Positions 1-9,991 of a stretch of DNA of 28,513 nucleotides are shown here, piece by piece. The notes beneath the pieces are model-generated. The model was not told the DNA's origin. It did no database searches and worked only from the letters and a program-made list of their open reading frames with translations. The position numbers and the translations under genes were made by a program. The stretch spans positions 1-28,513 of the forward strand of contig CAVYRH010000015.1 of NCBI GenBank assembly GCA_963770835.1, written 5' to 3'. Origin of the DNA: an uncultured Pseudomonadota bacterium (lineage in GTDB: Bacteria; Oederibacteriota; Muellerivitia; Muellerivitales; Muellerivitaceae). Position 1 is the first letter of the stretch, and every line of letters begins with the position of its first letter.

Positions 1-36
1 TTGTGTAAAGCACGACTCCACCGCAGTTTTCCCGCA

Positions 37-87
37 GTAGAAGTCATTAGCCAATGAAATTGGCGGTTTTGGGAGGACTCCATCCCC
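37..87 (-). promoter_or_regulatory. Fluoride riboswitch (crcB motif) aptamer, followed by an overlapping expression-platform hairpin (~14-45)
   Basis: Minus strand reads GGGGATGGAGTCCTCCCAAAACCGCCAATTTCATTGGCTAATGACTTCTAC, matching the crcB pattern GGnGAUGG-GUUCnCC..AACCGC..GCUAAUGAC..CUAC. A TATAAT box lies upstream at 113-108. GACTTCTACTGCGG pairs with CTGCGGTGGAGTC downstream. Confidence 0.85.
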
Positions 88-215
88 TGAAAATGTTCGC
101 TAAAGGCATTATAGGGCTTCAAAAATATAAGCAAAGCCAATTCACTGCCGATAGCTGGATAACCTGCTTAGCGGGCTTCTTGCTATGAAAAGGTTATTAA
201 AGAAAGGAAATTCTT

Positions 216-1013
216 GCAGAGTAGAGCACTGGCGCGATGGTGTGCAGAGGGTTCCTTGATCTGTTTCCCCGTTTCCGGTTCCGTGCCCCAACGAGGTTCC
301 CTCATCACTTCGTTTCCAGCGCCCCCTCGTCAAACCGTACGTGACCTTTTCGATCATACGGCTTTCCGACAACCTCTCCTCCGGCGGCTTTACAGGTTCG
401 ACTTCCCCCTTGGCCGCTCGGCATAGTGCCTGTTGTCAAAGGCCTCGCGCTTTGGTACTACAGAGTTGTTGGCCCTTTTGGGGCATGCTCCAGCGCCTAC
501 CTTCTTTGAGACACATGGTTGAAGCAGGGGTCCTTCCCTCAGGGTGGTTTTGTTGTCCACCCCTTCATCGGTACTGTGACCCCCTCCGACTTCCTCCCAC
601 CCTTGCCTCTTTTCGGTTTTAGCCTTATAGCGGCAAGTCTTTTGGCGGGTAGGATCTCCCAGCTTGCTTGCATAGCCTTTCCAACATTCCGTTCCCCATA
701 CTCCGGAGGACTTGCCCCGCTTGCTACCAGATTCTTCAGCGGGATCGTGGCCTTCGCCAGTAGACACGCGGCTCGGCATCCCCTTGCACCTTTCGGTGTC
801 CCATTCACGAAGCGGCAGGATTCACTTGATGTTGCGGACTGCTGGATTGTTCCCTCACTAAATGAGGTTTATGACCCCGTTTCGGGCAGGACCTCTCGAT
901 CCTACGCCGGGGGCTGACTTCCAGGCTCTCTGGTGATTACCTGGTCAGGACTTGGGTTGACCCTCATCGGCCTACTCCCTCACCTGCTGGCTCTGCAAAC
1001 CCTCCTCTGGCAC
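216..1013 (-). mobile_element. ORF-less (internally deleted) group II intron
   Basis: The 5' end GTGCC is at 1013. Domain V AAAGCCGTATGATCGAAAAGGTCACGTACGGTTT (~365-332) has the AGC triad. Domain VI reads GGGGGCGCTGG...CCAGTGCTCTACTCTGC with a bulged A 7 nt from the end. Domain IV holds only a short RT N-terminal relic (ATG 486, TKARGL*QQALCRAAK). Confidence 0.85.
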
Positions 1014-1015
1014 GA

Positions 1016-1043
1016 TGTCCACGATGGGTCCCCGTCGTGGACA
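1016..1043. repeat. 28-bp cassette-boundary site, copy 1
   Basis: tgtccacgatg-ggtccc-cgtcgtggaca. Confidence 0.9.
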
Positions 1044-1050
1044 AGTGCAT

Positions 1051-1941
1051 TCAGAGGCTGTAGGCCGGGAAAATCTTTGACAATTCGGCCAAAAATTCTT
1101 TTTCCTTGTCGCTTATATTTATCCATTTTTTCCCGTTCCAAGAAAACACGCCGAGACCCTGCAGCTCATAATGCACATTTCCGGGTCCGAGCTGACGATA
1201 TCCTTCGCCATAGACCACGATATCCCGGTGGCCGTTCTTTTCCAGGTCTTTCCCGAAGGAGTGGCTAAAATCATAATAAGTAATAAAATCGCTGTTTAAT
1301 TTGTAATCCCAAACTTCAGTGCTGGGAGAAAAACCGAACTTCATGTCCCCGCCGAGCCCCTGCGCAAAAATCCGATAGGTATCATCACCTATTTTTTCAA
1401 TTTCAATTCCATCCACCTCATTCGCGAATTTGCCCCTTTCCTTGGCCGGCCTTGCGTCCCTTCCGTAGGTTCCCGACAACAGCACAATGGCTTCTGTCGG
1501 TTTCATAAGATCGATAAAGTAAATGCTTCTTCCAAACCATACAAAGCCGAAGGAACCCCTTTTGCGAACCCATTTTTCCCGGATCATGTCAAGGCCTTCT
1601 CCCTTCGACCAACCCAGTTCTTGAAGCTTCTGGTAATCCTCCTTCCATTTCTTAACGTCTTTTTCATCAATGTCAGACTCGTCACTATCACGTTCTAAGG
1701 CAAGATCCAAATTTTCAAAAAACGTGAATAGATCAAAAGGGAGTTTTACGCGTTTAATCTTATTGATCTCGGCGGGATAAACATGGTCATCGTGATCCCC
1801 GAGGCTTGGTCGGGGAGTGGGCCATACCAATTCGACTTTTGGCGTCCAATCTTCACTCAGCGATGGAGTTTGAGTTTGGGCACATAAAAAGGTGGGTAAA
1901 AGAAGTACGGCCTCCATCAGGAAAAGGACTATGGTTTTCAT
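1051..1941 (-). CDS. Secreted hypothetical protein (cassette)
   Basis: Likely start MKTIVLF at 1941 with a signal peptide. The stop is 7 nt from a 28-bp site. Confidence 0.75.
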   Translation of the reverse strand: MKTIVLFLMEAVLLLPTFLCAQTQTPSLSEDWTPKVELVWPTPRPSLGDHDDHVYPAEINKIKRVKLPFDLFTFFENLDLALERDSDESDIDEKDVKKWKEDYQKLQELGWSKGEGLDMIREKWVRKRGSFGFVWFGRSIYFIDLMKPTEAIVLLSGTYGRDARPAKERGKFANEVDGIEIEKIGDDTYRIFAQGLGGDMKFGFSPSTEVWDYKLNSDFITYYDFSHSFGKDLEKNGHRDIVVYGEGYRQLGPGNVHYELQGLGVFSWNGKKWINISDKEKEFLAELSKIFPAYSL

Positions 1942-2018
1942 AAAGGCCTCTTTCGTGGACAACCTAAAATCCACTCCCGAAATATTTCAATTGCAGACAT
2001 AATTCAAGTTATTTTGTT

Positions 2019-2046
2019 TGTCCACGACGGGTCCCCGTCGTGGACA
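2019..2046. repeat. 28-bp cassette-boundary site, copy 2 (perfect consensus)
   Basis: tgtccacgacg-ggtccc-cgtcgtggaca. Confidence 0.9.
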
Positions 2047-2078
2047 GCTTACCTTAATGAACGACATGGTCGATTTAA

Positions 2079-2852
2079 CTATTTACTCTTATCCACGTAG
2101 TCGATTTCGACGTTCTCCCAACGGTCTTTCTTCTTTTCAAAGAGGGTCGCGTAATGGTCGTAATCAGCCCAAGTATTTTTGGACAATTTGTCATAGTTCG
2201 ACACCAGAACCTTTAAATGCGTTTCATCCACCCATACTAAATCGATCGGTTCGTAATGGGCATCGTACCCCGTCAAAATCATGATGTTGGCCGGATTATC
2301 TTCCAAATAATTCCTTAGTAAATAATCAACTGGATGGAATGGGGTTCCTTTTCGGCGAAGATTCAGATAAGTCTGTCCATCATTGAACATGCTCGGCCCA
2401 TATCGAAAAAAGATCGTGGCGATCGTACCGTTTTGGGGTGAGGTCCTTTCGACTTTGACGTCGTGAGGCATATATGGCTCATTCAGGATGGCCGGGATGG
2501 AGTACCAAAGATTGATCCCGACGAAAAGCCCTAGAAACAATATGCCAAGCACACGTAAGACCCGAGCCTTAAGATTTATCGCCTTCCATCGACATAAAAA
2601 GCACAAACCGACAGGCCATAAAACTATTAAAAGATCAAGGCAAGCCTTTTGGACCACCGCCGGATTGGAATTCCAGAAAGAATCAAGAAAAAATGACGCA
2701 ACTAAACTTAATAGGATTGCCAGCCCAATTAAAACCAGAAGACAAATTCGTACGATCTTTTTTCTTCGGAAGATAGGTTTCCAGACCAGAAGAGCGAAAA
2801 GAAAAAAGCCAAGAAGTGATTGAGCGCCAAATAAAATATAGTGGTCAGTCAT
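2079..2852 (-). CDS. Membrane protein: ~4 N-terminal TM helices plus a soluble C-terminal domain (cassette)
   Basis: 257-aa ORF with hydrophobic segments, filling the space between two 28-bp sites. Confidence 0.75.
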   Translation of the reverse strand: MTDHYILFGAQSLLGFFLFALLVWKPIFRRKKIVRICLLVLIGLAILLSLVASFFLDSFWNSNPAVVQKACLDLLIVLWPVGLCFLCRWKAINLKARVLRVLGILFLGLFVGINLWYSIPAILNEPYMPHDVKVERTSPQNGTIATIFFRYGPSMFNDGQTYLNLRRKGTPFHPVDYLLRNYLEDNPANIMILTGYDAHYEPIDLVWVDETHLKVLVSNYDKLSKNTWADYDHYATLFEKKKDRWENVEIDYVDKSK

Positions 2853-2909
2853 AAGATCTAATCCTTACTTATTGGATCACTGTTTTTCTCTTTGGGTCGA
2901 CATCCAAGC

Positions 2910-2937
2910 TGTCCACGATGGGTCCCCGTCGTGGACA
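2910..2937. repeat. 28-bp cassette-boundary site, copy 3
   Basis: tgtccacgatg-ggtccc-cgtcgtggaca. Confidence 0.9.
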
Positions 2938-3009
2938 GGTGTTTCGTCAATCCCATAATTCATGTTAGCGATCATTCGCAAGGAAAATTTTAACTTATTT
3001 AAGGCGGCT

Positions 3010-5937
3010 TTAGCGGATGACCAGAACCTTTAATATTTTAGAGGCCTTGACCGGGCCGGTGACTTGAACCCTTAAGTAGTAAAGCCCGCTGGCCACCGGT
3101 TTTTTCCAGGCATCTTCCATATCCCAAACCAGAACCGTGCTATTGCCACTAACCCCATTGGAAACATCGAGTATCTTGCGGAAAGCCGTCGTGAAAACAC
3201 TCCACTCGACGGTGGAACCAGCCGGTAACTGTATTTGTAAGGACACTGGACTCGGGCCTTGGACTGGGTTGGGATAAGGTGGGCCGATGCTGACCGTGGA
3301 AACGGTGGCCGAAGGACTGGGAGTCGCGGAGGCCGTGGGCGTGCCGGTGGGCTGGGGGGTCGGGCTCCAAGACGGGGTCGGCGTTTCCGTGCGGGTAGGG
3401 CTGTCCGAGGGCGACGGGGTGGGCGTAAAGGTCGCCGTGGGTGAGGAGGTGTCGGTAATCGTCGGCGTCAGGGTGGAGGTGGAGGTGGGAGTCCAAGTCG
3501 GAGTCAGCGTGGTGGAATTGGTGGCGGTTTCCGTCGCGGTGAAGGTGGCAGTCCAGCTTGCGGTGGGGGTCGGCGTAGCCGTCATCGAACTAGTGGGCGT
3601 GCCGGTGGGGGTGGAAGTGGCCGTCCAGGTGAGGGTGGCCGTCGGGCTCAAGGTCGCCGTATGGGTGGGTGTGAGAGTGGGGCTATTGGTGGCGGTCAGG
3701 GTGGGGGTGGATGTGGGAGTGGAAGTGTACCAGGTTCCCGTGGGGGTGGCGGTGGGCATGGCGCAGACGCCCGGGTAAAGCTGCAGGGAAGAAACCCCCT
3801 GGAAGGTGATCCCCGGCCCGGCCCAGTACAAAGCCGCCTCGGCGGCGGCAGTGTCCTGGTAGTAATCCATTTCGATGGGATAAAGGGCTCCCGCCTGCAT
3901 GGTGAAGGGGGTGGTGCCCGGCCAAAAGGTATCCGATTGGTCGGCCCAGTGGTTGACGATGGTGTAGGGCGTGGAAGTGGCGATGTCGGTCACGATCAGC
4001 CGACAGCCGTCGTCCGTCAAGGTGTAGAAAGTGTAGACACCCGTATTGGGCGGCTGTACGAACCCGGTGTATTCAATGGAAAATTTTGTCGATAAAACCC
4101 CGCAACCGGTGACCGTCAAGCCGCCACCCGAGGGAATGGCCCATTGGATCTGGGAAACGGGGCCCACCGCGCAGGGCGAGCCCATCAGGTTGTCGTTGGT
4201 GAAATACTGGGCGCAGAGGCCCGTGCCGGTCCCCACGGACGTGGGCGGCGGAGTGGCCGTGGGCGTGGCGCATGCGGGCAGGCCCGCCAAAACGTTGACC
4301 AGGCAGGCGGTCGGGGACCCCCAGCCCGTGACCAGGTCGTACCCAGGAACGGCGGGGTAAACACTGTTGGTGCCGCCGCCCACCACATCATGAAAAAGAT
4401 AATTCTGGTTCTGGCCGATGGTGTAAAGGGCGGGATTGGCGAAGCCCACGGGGGGCCGGGCATTGAGGGCGGCCTGCTGGTTGACGAGGGCCATGAAACC
4501 AGCCCATAGGGGCGCGGCGGCGCTCGTGCCGCTGGCGCCGTAAAGGGTAGTCGTCAGTTCTTCCGTGATGAGATCAGTGGCCACCATGGACACGTCCGGG
4601 ACATTGCGCCAGGCCGTGGAACCGCCGTTACCCCCGCTGGCGATGGGGTCCATGAGAACCCCGGCCTGGTAGGTGGGAATAGGCGTCAAGTTGCTGATGC
4701 CCCCGCTGCTCCAGAACCAGGGGCCTTCCCCGGCCCAGGGACCGCTCACCCCATTCGTCACCAGCACCGTCCCCCCCACGCTGGTGACGTAATTCTCGTT
4801 CAGGAATTGGCTCAGGCCGGTGGTATAGGCGCCCGAATCCCCGGCGGACTCGAAGAAGGATTGCCCCTGGGCCGCGAATTGGGCGAGGGAGTTCGTCACA
4901 TTCGTGTCCACGACCGTGGAGGCCGTGGTGAAGGAGAAATTGATCTGCCGGGGGAAGGACGCGGCGGGGGCGGCAGCGATGGCCGCGAAGATGGCATCAT
5001 TGTTACTGCCTTCGTAAACGCTGATATAGGCCTGGGGCGCCATACAAATGGCCATTTCAATATCCAGTTCCGCCTCGGATTCGTTGGCTCCGCCGTCGAG
5101 GGCCCCGCCGAAGCCTCCGCAGAGGACTCTGGAGGGGACGTTTGAAGGAAGACCCGCCATGGTCTCGTAGCCGGAGATGTCCGTGGCGCGGAAACCTGAA
5201 TTGGCAATGATGGCGATCGTCTGGCCCGCCCCTTCTAGGGAAATTCCCGGGATGTAGGCGTCCCTGAAATCAAACCCCTGGTACCAGCCGTTGATCCCCG
5301 AACCGGTCGAGGCAGGGGTGGGCCGGGGAGAAAGGCCGGGCTCCTTCAAGTAAGGCGCCGGCGGGGGGAGGGGGATTTTTTGCTGATGGGAAACGAACCG
5401 GTCGTAATTCTCCAGGCCTCCGATATGCCCCAAGGGAACATCCAGGTCGACCGAGGGCTCCCGGTCCGGCGCGTAGAAGAGGGTTCCGTCGGGCCGTCGG
5501 TGGCGGCTGAGGTTCACATGGAAAACCATCTGGATATCCGCGACCTTCCCGGTGACGGACAACAAGGCCCGGTTGGAATATAGGTGGGTGACGATTAAGC
5601 CGTTCGAAGTCACAAAGCGGATCAAAGCCTGGTAATCACTCGGGGCGGGCCCATAGCGGGCGGCGAATTCATCGGGCGTGAGAAAATGGCGGTAGAGGGG
5701 GTCCTGGGGATCGTAAAGGCGGTGGAGAAAATCCCTCAGGCCTTCGGTATTTCGCAAGGGCAGACCGATCGCGAGATCCAATCGCTCCTGCGGGTCCATG
5801 GCCTCCACCCAGGGGGCCGTGGCGATAGCCGCGGGAAGGTGGCCGGGCAATAGCTGGCGACCCACGCCTTGGGCCCAAGCGATTTGGGAAAATCCTATCC
5901 AGATGAGAAGACTTATAAATCGTTTCAAACGGTTCAT
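3010..5937 (-). CDS. Secreted S53 (sedolisin/kumamolisin-like) peptidase with pro-domain, PA14 domain, Thr/Pro-rich linker and C-terminal PYPNP sorting-like domain
   Basis: Signal peptide; pro-peptide [24 protein letters not shown]; catalytic motifs EAELD, SAGDSG and GTSAAAP; PA14-like [15 protein letters not shown]; long TPT repeats; C-terminal PYPNP...SGLYYLRV. Confidence 0.88.
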   Translation of the reverse strand: MNRLKRFISLLIWIGFSQIAWAQGVGRQLLPGHLPAAIATAPWVEAMDPQERLDLAIGLPLRNTEGLRDFLHRLYDPQDPLYRHFLTPDEFAARYGPAPSDYQALIRFVTSNGLIVTHLYSNRALLSVTGKVADIQMVFHVNLSRHRRPDGTLFYAPDREPSVDLDVPLGHIGGLENYDRFVSHQQKIPLPPPAPYLKEPGLSPRPTPASTGSGINGWYQGFDFRDAYIPGISLEGAGQTIAIIANSGFRATDISGYETMAGLPSNVPSRVLCGGFGGALDGGANESEAELDIEMAICMAPQAYISVYEGSNNDAIFAAIAAAPAASFPRQINFSFTTASTVVDTNVTNSLAQFAAQGQSFFESAGDSGAYTTGLSQFLNENYVTSVGGTVLVTNGVSGPWAGEGPWFWSSGGISNLTPIPTYQAGVLMDPIASGGNGGSTAWRNVPDVSMVATDLITEELTTTLYGASGTSAAAPLWAGFMALVNQQAALNARPPVGFANPALYTIGQNQNYLFHDVVGGGTNSVYPAVPGYDLVTGWGSPTACLVNVLAGLPACATPTATPPPTSVGTGTGLCAQYFTNDNLMGSPCAVGPVSQIQWAIPSGGGLTVTGCGVLSTKFSIEYTGFVQPPNTGVYTFYTLTDDGCRLIVTDIATSTPYTIVNHWADQSDTFWPGTTPFTMQAGALYPIEMDYYQDTAAAEAALYWAGPGITFQGVSSLQLYPGVCAMPTATPTGTWYTSTPTSTPTLTATNSPTLTPTHTATLSPTATLTWTATSTPTGTPTSSMTATPTPTASWTATFTATETATNSTTLTPTWTPTSTSTLTPTITDTSSPTATFTPTPSPSDSPTRTETPTPSWSPTPQPTGTPTASATPSPSATVSTVSIGPPYPNPVQGPSPVSLQIQLPAGSTVEWSVFTTAFRKILDVSNGVSGNSTVLVWDMEDAWKKPVASGLYYLRVQVTGPVKASKILKVLVIR

Positions 5938-6043
5938 ACAGGAGGCTTCCAATCCGACTCGTTAAGATCAGATATAAAAACAGTTATTAGTATAGATAAC
6001 GGCTCAAACCGTTAAAACTTGATTGGGGCTGGTGTTTAAAGGC

Positions 6044-6397
6044 TCAAAAGGGACTAAACCCTTGGTTTGTGGACGGTTTCTGACTAAAGAAATAGTACTG
6101 CGGATTTTGGGGGCCAAGGGGTAGGCATTCGCTTTTCACGCGAGGGGGCAAATCACTGGAATAAACGGGCCTTTCCCGGCGAGTTCCGAATATTGCAAAC
6201 CCAAGTTCCCGTATCGCAGATTCAAAAAATAAATTTTGTTCAAAGAAACTGTTGGGCGTGGTTAATTTAGCCAATGAAGGGGACGAAAATCCTTGATCAA
6301 AAGCTTTGGAAGCGACCTCGGAAAGTTTAGTTCCAGTCGGGATGCCGTCAACAATCCGAGCGGCTGTATAAAGTAATTCCTTTGGCTCTTTTATCAA
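6044..6397 (-). CDS. Hypothetical protein, possibly a 3'-degenerate cassette gene
   Basis: 117-aa ORF starting just downstream of the 6438 site. The C-terminus looks low-quality, and no site separates it from the S53 gene. Confidence 0.4.
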   Translation of the reverse strand: MIKEPKELLYTAARIVDGIPTGTKLSEVASKAFDQGFSSPSLAKLTTPNSFFEQNLFFESAIRELGFAIFGTRRERPVYSSDLPPRVKSECLPLGPQNPQYYFFSQKPSTNQGFSPF

Positions 6398-6437
6398 GGA
6401 TACCTCACCAGAATATTAAAACTTTATTCTTTTTCCT

Positions 6438-6465
6438 TGTCCACGACGGCTCCCCTTCGCGGACA
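6438..6465. repeat. 28-bp cassette-boundary site, copy 4 (degenerate)
   Basis: tgtccacgacg-gctccc-cttcgcggaca. Confidence 0.85.
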
Positions 6466-6473
6466 TATAAAAC

Positions 6474-7307
6474 TCAATTCGTCTCAAGCTGTTCGTAGAG
6501 ACTCTCTAATGAATAATAAAAAAGGCGATGGACACGAAGCGGCCCCATTGAAGTCGCCAATACTGGGGTTTCTTTTGCGTCGAAACCCAAGATTACAATT
6601 TTTCCCGCGACCCGTTTTTTATCGAAGTTACCCTTTATGACGTCAACAAATGAAATTGAATCAATCCGGTCCTTGGCGGGTAGCTGGACGTGGATCTGGC
6701 CCGAGGCATCGACCCGCAGGCTGTGGCCCGCAAGGGAAATTTTGTCCCCCAGGAAGATGCTAGCCGGCTGGCCAAAGGCCAGCTCCAAAGCCGCTAGTTC
6801 CAAAGAGGGCAGGACACATCCCCTGTACTTTACGACCATGGGTATATTGAGAAGGTCGTTTTTTGAGGCGATGTCCACAAATCCAATCCCGGCGCATCCT
6901 TGGCTGAATTTTTCTAAGGGTATCCAACCACTTTGGCCCGAAAGAAGGGCGCTGGTATCACCCCGTACCCGTGACCCGCACCCGAAGCTGACCGGCAATG
7001 AATTGGGACGGGGTTCGGTCTGATCCAAGCGCGCTTGCAACAAAACCGGCATTTTTTTGATCTCGACGGACAGTTCGTCGTCCCCGATACCCGGCTTCGC
7101 TTGATCCAAAAAGTATTTTAGAACGACCGCTTTGGCTTTTGCCACTCGTAGGGTGGAAATGACTTCCGCGTATTTCGAACGGTCATAAGGAAAGGGGCCC
7201 AGTTCCTTTTCGGTCGCGTCATCCACAAAAACCGCGATGAATGGGTTTTGGGATGATTCTTGGGCTAATGCGAAATGGGGCCAATTGATTAGCAGAGATA
7301 AAAACAA
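6474..7307 (-). CDS. Stand-alone secreted CHASE2-domain protein
   Basis: VFVDDATEKELGPFPYDRSKYAEVISTL..AKAVVLKYFLDQ and VAGKIVILG are CHASE2-like. The start may be an in-frame ATT at 7322 after a GGAG RBS. Confidence 0.75.
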   Translation of the reverse strand: MFLSLLINWPHFALAQESSQNPFIAVFVDDATEKELGPFPYDRSKYAEVISTLRVAKAKAVVLKYFLDQAKPGIGDDELSVEIKKMPVLLQARLDQTEPRPNSLPVSFGCGSRVRGDTSALLSGQSGWIPLEKFSQGCAGIGFVDIASKNDLLNIPMVVKYRGCVLPSLELAALELAFGQPASIFLGDKISLAGHSLRVDASGQIHVQLPAKDRIDSISFVDVIKGNFDKKRVAGKIVILGFDAKETPVLATSMGPLRVHRLFYYSLESLYEQLETN

Positions 7308-7346
7308 AATTAACTTTTTAATTTCTTATCTCCTGTTCAAAACCCT

Positions 7347-7374
7347 TGTCCACTCCGGGTCCCCGTCATGGACA
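7347..7374. repeat. 28-bp cassette-boundary site, copy 5
   Basis: tgtccactccg-ggtccc-cgtcatggaca. Confidence 0.85.
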
Positions 7375-7376
7375 AC

Positions 7377-9431
7377 CTACTTAATGTGTCTTTCAATCCA
7401 ATTCATCATATAGTCCAAGACGGAATTGGCTGGTGTAGGGACAGGCGCCGCATATTCAGTCGGATTCCCCGTTTGGCACTCTTGGAAAAGATGATTCATT
7501 TTGGGAAATTCCTTGGTTTCGAAGTCGGTATTTTTTCCCTCTTTCAAGGCCACCCCAATCGCCGACAAATCCTCCTGGGAAGGGACCTGCCAATCCAACT
7601 CCCCGTTCACAGCCAGCACCGGGCAGGCCACTTTTTTCAGCGCATTTTTCGGGTCGTAATTCAGGAAAAAATGCTCCCAAGGGGAACCCATTTGTTGGTC
7701 TATAGCCAGGGCCGATGTTTCCAATGCCTTTCGCTCTTCGGGGGACTCTTGTGCGGTTTCTTCTTGGACTATCTTTTTCACTTGGTCTTTGATCCGACCC
7801 TTATTCGTTTCTGTCTTGAGGACCCCAATGATCCGTTCTTCGATCCTAAGGACCATATTAACGGATTTTTCATCGGTCTTTTGGGCCCCGAACATATACC
7901 TGGCTTGGTCCAAGGAGATTTTCTCGCCGCTGACTCCTGGTCCTGCCATCAGCACGATGAAGGCAATCTCCTTGGATCGGGCCGCTATCATCGGCGCGAT
8001 GAGACCCCCTTCACTGTGGCCGACCAGGCCGATTTGCATGCGGTTCACTTCTTTGCGCGATTTGAGGTAATCAAGGGCGGCCAAAGAATCTTGGGCGAAA
8101 TCCTCGGTCGTCGCTGTCTCAATGTTCCCGGTGGAATTGCCCACTCCCCGCTTGTCATATCTCAGGACCGCGAATCCCTTTCGAGTTAAATAGTCCGACA
8201 TGACCAAAAAAATGTGGTGACCATCGACGGTCTCGTTCCGGTCAATGGTCCCGGACCCTTGGATCAATAAGATCGCCGGGAAGGGGCCTTCCCCCTTCGG
8301 AAGGGTGAGGGTCCCGGCCAGCCGGACGCCCGCTTTTTGATCTTCAAAAGTGACCGTTTCCACGGAATAAGGGAAAGGTCTTTGGGGTTCCATGGACGCG
8401 ATGGGGTTCGGCTTGACGACAAGGTCGCGGTTGAAGTAAAGAGTGAAATCGAATGTTTTTTCATCGTCGGCTTTCCAAGTCCAGGGCTTGTCGCTTCCTT
8501 CCCCGTGGGAAAGAATAATCTCGAGTGCGTCCCCCCATTGTCGGCCGTCCTGTAAAAGGGTCGTCAGCTGGGGCGCCGTGACCTTAAGGCGAAGGCCCCT
8601 TTCGTCCGTCAAGGAACCCAGACGAAGCTCCTCCACTGTGGCGGTGGCCAAAACGGTGTTGGAAGACCTCTCGACGGGAATGGTTCCCCTGCTTTTTCCC
8701 AACTGGTAAGGCAGTCCCGTCCAATTGGAACAGGGGAGTTCCACATTGAACCGGGCCGCGATTAGCGTAAGGGGATCCAACGCTTTCAAGGTGGCGTGGA
8801 CCCTGAGTCCGGTTTTCAAAACCTCAATTTTGGATTTCATGCCGATCCTGCCTCCCTCCGGCAAGACCAAGAAACTATCGAATTGAGGGTCATCCGACTC
8901 GCCATGGAAGGAATGATATTGCCAACCTTCCGTGAATACCATGGCCGTTAGCGTGGCGATCGGATCCTGGCCCGCCGACATTTTCACCAAGCCGTTGTCC
9001 AGTGGTTCGACCACTATGGGGCCGGAAATCTCTCGGGTTGAATTCCCACTCGTTTTTTTGAGGTTAAGGGTTGCGTTTTGACCCTGGCTCCAAGTTCCAT
9101 GAATTTCATCACCATCCTGGCTCAATTGGCCGTCGTAAGTCGCATTCACGGCCGCGACATCCAGGCGTAAGCGACCCTTCTCAAAAGAGGTTTGGCTTAC
9201 GGGAATTCCAAAGGAATTTTGGGTCACACTATCCACGACTGAGGAGAGTAAATGGCCAGGGTTTTCTTTGATATGAATAACGACTTTTAGGTTTGTGTTT
9301 TCGAGGGTTCCATGCCAATCCCCAACGATACCGGGAGGGGCTGCCTCCAAAGCCGACAAGGGCGGTGCACCAAGTGCCGAACCTAAGATCCAAAACGCCG
9401 CGAGAAAAAACGCTTTTGTTATCAGTTTCAT
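7377..9431 (-). CDS. Secreted alpha/beta-fold serine hydrolase (peptidase S9/S15-like) with extra N-terminal domains
   Basis: LAGTLTLPKGEGPFPA, LRYDKRGVG, nucleophile GHSEGG, GELDWQV and MNHLFQ; signal peptide. Confidence 0.85.
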   Translation of the reverse strand: MKLITKAFFLAAFWILGSALGAPPLSALEAAPPGIVGDWHGTLENTNLKVVIHIKENPGHLLSSVVDSVTQNSFGIPVSQTSFEKGRLRLDVAAVNATYDGQLSQDGDEIHGTWSQGQNATLNLKKTSGNSTREISGPIVVEPLDNGLVKMSAGQDPIATLTAMVFTEGWQYHSFHGESDDPQFDSFLVLPEGGRIGMKSKIEVLKTGLRVHATLKALDPLTLIAARFNVELPCSNWTGLPYQLGKSRGTIPVERSSNTVLATATVEELRLGSLTDERGLRLKVTAPQLTTLLQDGRQWGDALEIILSHGEGSDKPWTWKADDEKTFDFTLYFNRDLVVKPNPIASMEPQRPFPYSVETVTFEDQKAGVRLAGTLTLPKGEGPFPAILLIQGSGTIDRNETVDGHHIFLVMSDYLTRKGFAVLRYDKRGVGNSTGNIETATTEDFAQDSLAALDYLKSRKEVNRMQIGLVGHSEGGLIAPMIAARSKEIAFIVLMAGPGVSGEKISLDQARYMFGAQKTDEKSVNMVLRIEERIIGVLKTETNKGRIKDQVKKIVQEETAQESPEERKALETSALAIDQQMGSPWEHFFLNYDPKNALKKVACPVLAVNGELDWQVPSQEDLSAIGVALKEGKNTDFETKEFPKMNHLFQECQTGNPTEYAAPVPTPANSVLDYMMNWIERHIK

Positions 9432-9468
9432 ATTCTTAATTTAAATGCCTCCCCTTCGTTGACAAACA

Positions 9469-9891
9469 TTATCTCGTTTTCCGTTCCATCGTAAGGCAAT
9501 AGTCTTTAAAGCCAATCCTTTTCCAGAATTCGATGCCGGTTTTATTGCCTACCAAAACATCCAGTCGAAGAATGAGAGTTTTTTTCCAAAAGCTCTTGAG
9601 AAGAAGTTTAAATGCTTTACTACCTTGACCTTGTTTCCGGAAAACTCGTTCAATGAAAAACTGGCGGATGTAGGTTAAACCTTCATCATTACTAAAGAGG
9701 CAATAGCCGATGATTTTTCCTTGTTCCTTGAAAAGACAGGCGTGGTATTTGCCTTTTAACCAACTCTTCATTCGGCGTGTCAATTGGACTTGGTTCATGG
9801 GGTTCCGGTGGCCCTCATCCCGTATGAGGCTATAATTCATTTCGGCAAGTTTTGGACAGTCAACTAACTTGGCTTTTTCAATTTTCATCAT
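9469..9891 (-). CDS. GNAT family N-acetyltransferase
   Basis: Motif A FFIERVFRKQGQGS and motif B NKTGIEFWKRIGF. Confidence 0.85.
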   Translation of the reverse strand: MMKIEKAKLVDCPKLAEMNYSLIRDEGHRNPMNQVQLTRRMKSWLKGKYHACLFKEQGKIIGYCLFSNDEGLTYIRQFFIERVFRKQGQGSKAFKLLLKSFWKKTLILRLDVLVGNKTGIEFWKRIGFKDYCLTMERKTR

Positions 9892-9932
9892 GACCTTATT
9901 CTATTAAACATATAAATGTACGCGCTTTACCC

Positions 9933-9960
9933 TGTCCACGACGGGGCCCCATCGCGGAAA
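9933..9960. repeat. 28-bp cassette-boundary site, copy 6 (degenerate)
   Basis: tgtccacgacg-gggccc-catcgcggaaa. Confidence 0.8.
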
Positions 9961-9991
9961 GCAAATTTAATCGGCCAAACCACGGCCCGCC

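Noticed and set aside
142..917. Short ORFs at 142-372, 214-426, 341-622, 390-779, 519-917 and 539-808
   Set aside because: They are incidental frames across group II intron RNA domains, with no RT motifs such as YADD.
3149..5878. Overlapping alternative-frame ORFs, including the Val/Gly-rich 3287-3778
   Set aside because: They are shadows of the GC-rich S53 gene and its Thr/Pro repeat.
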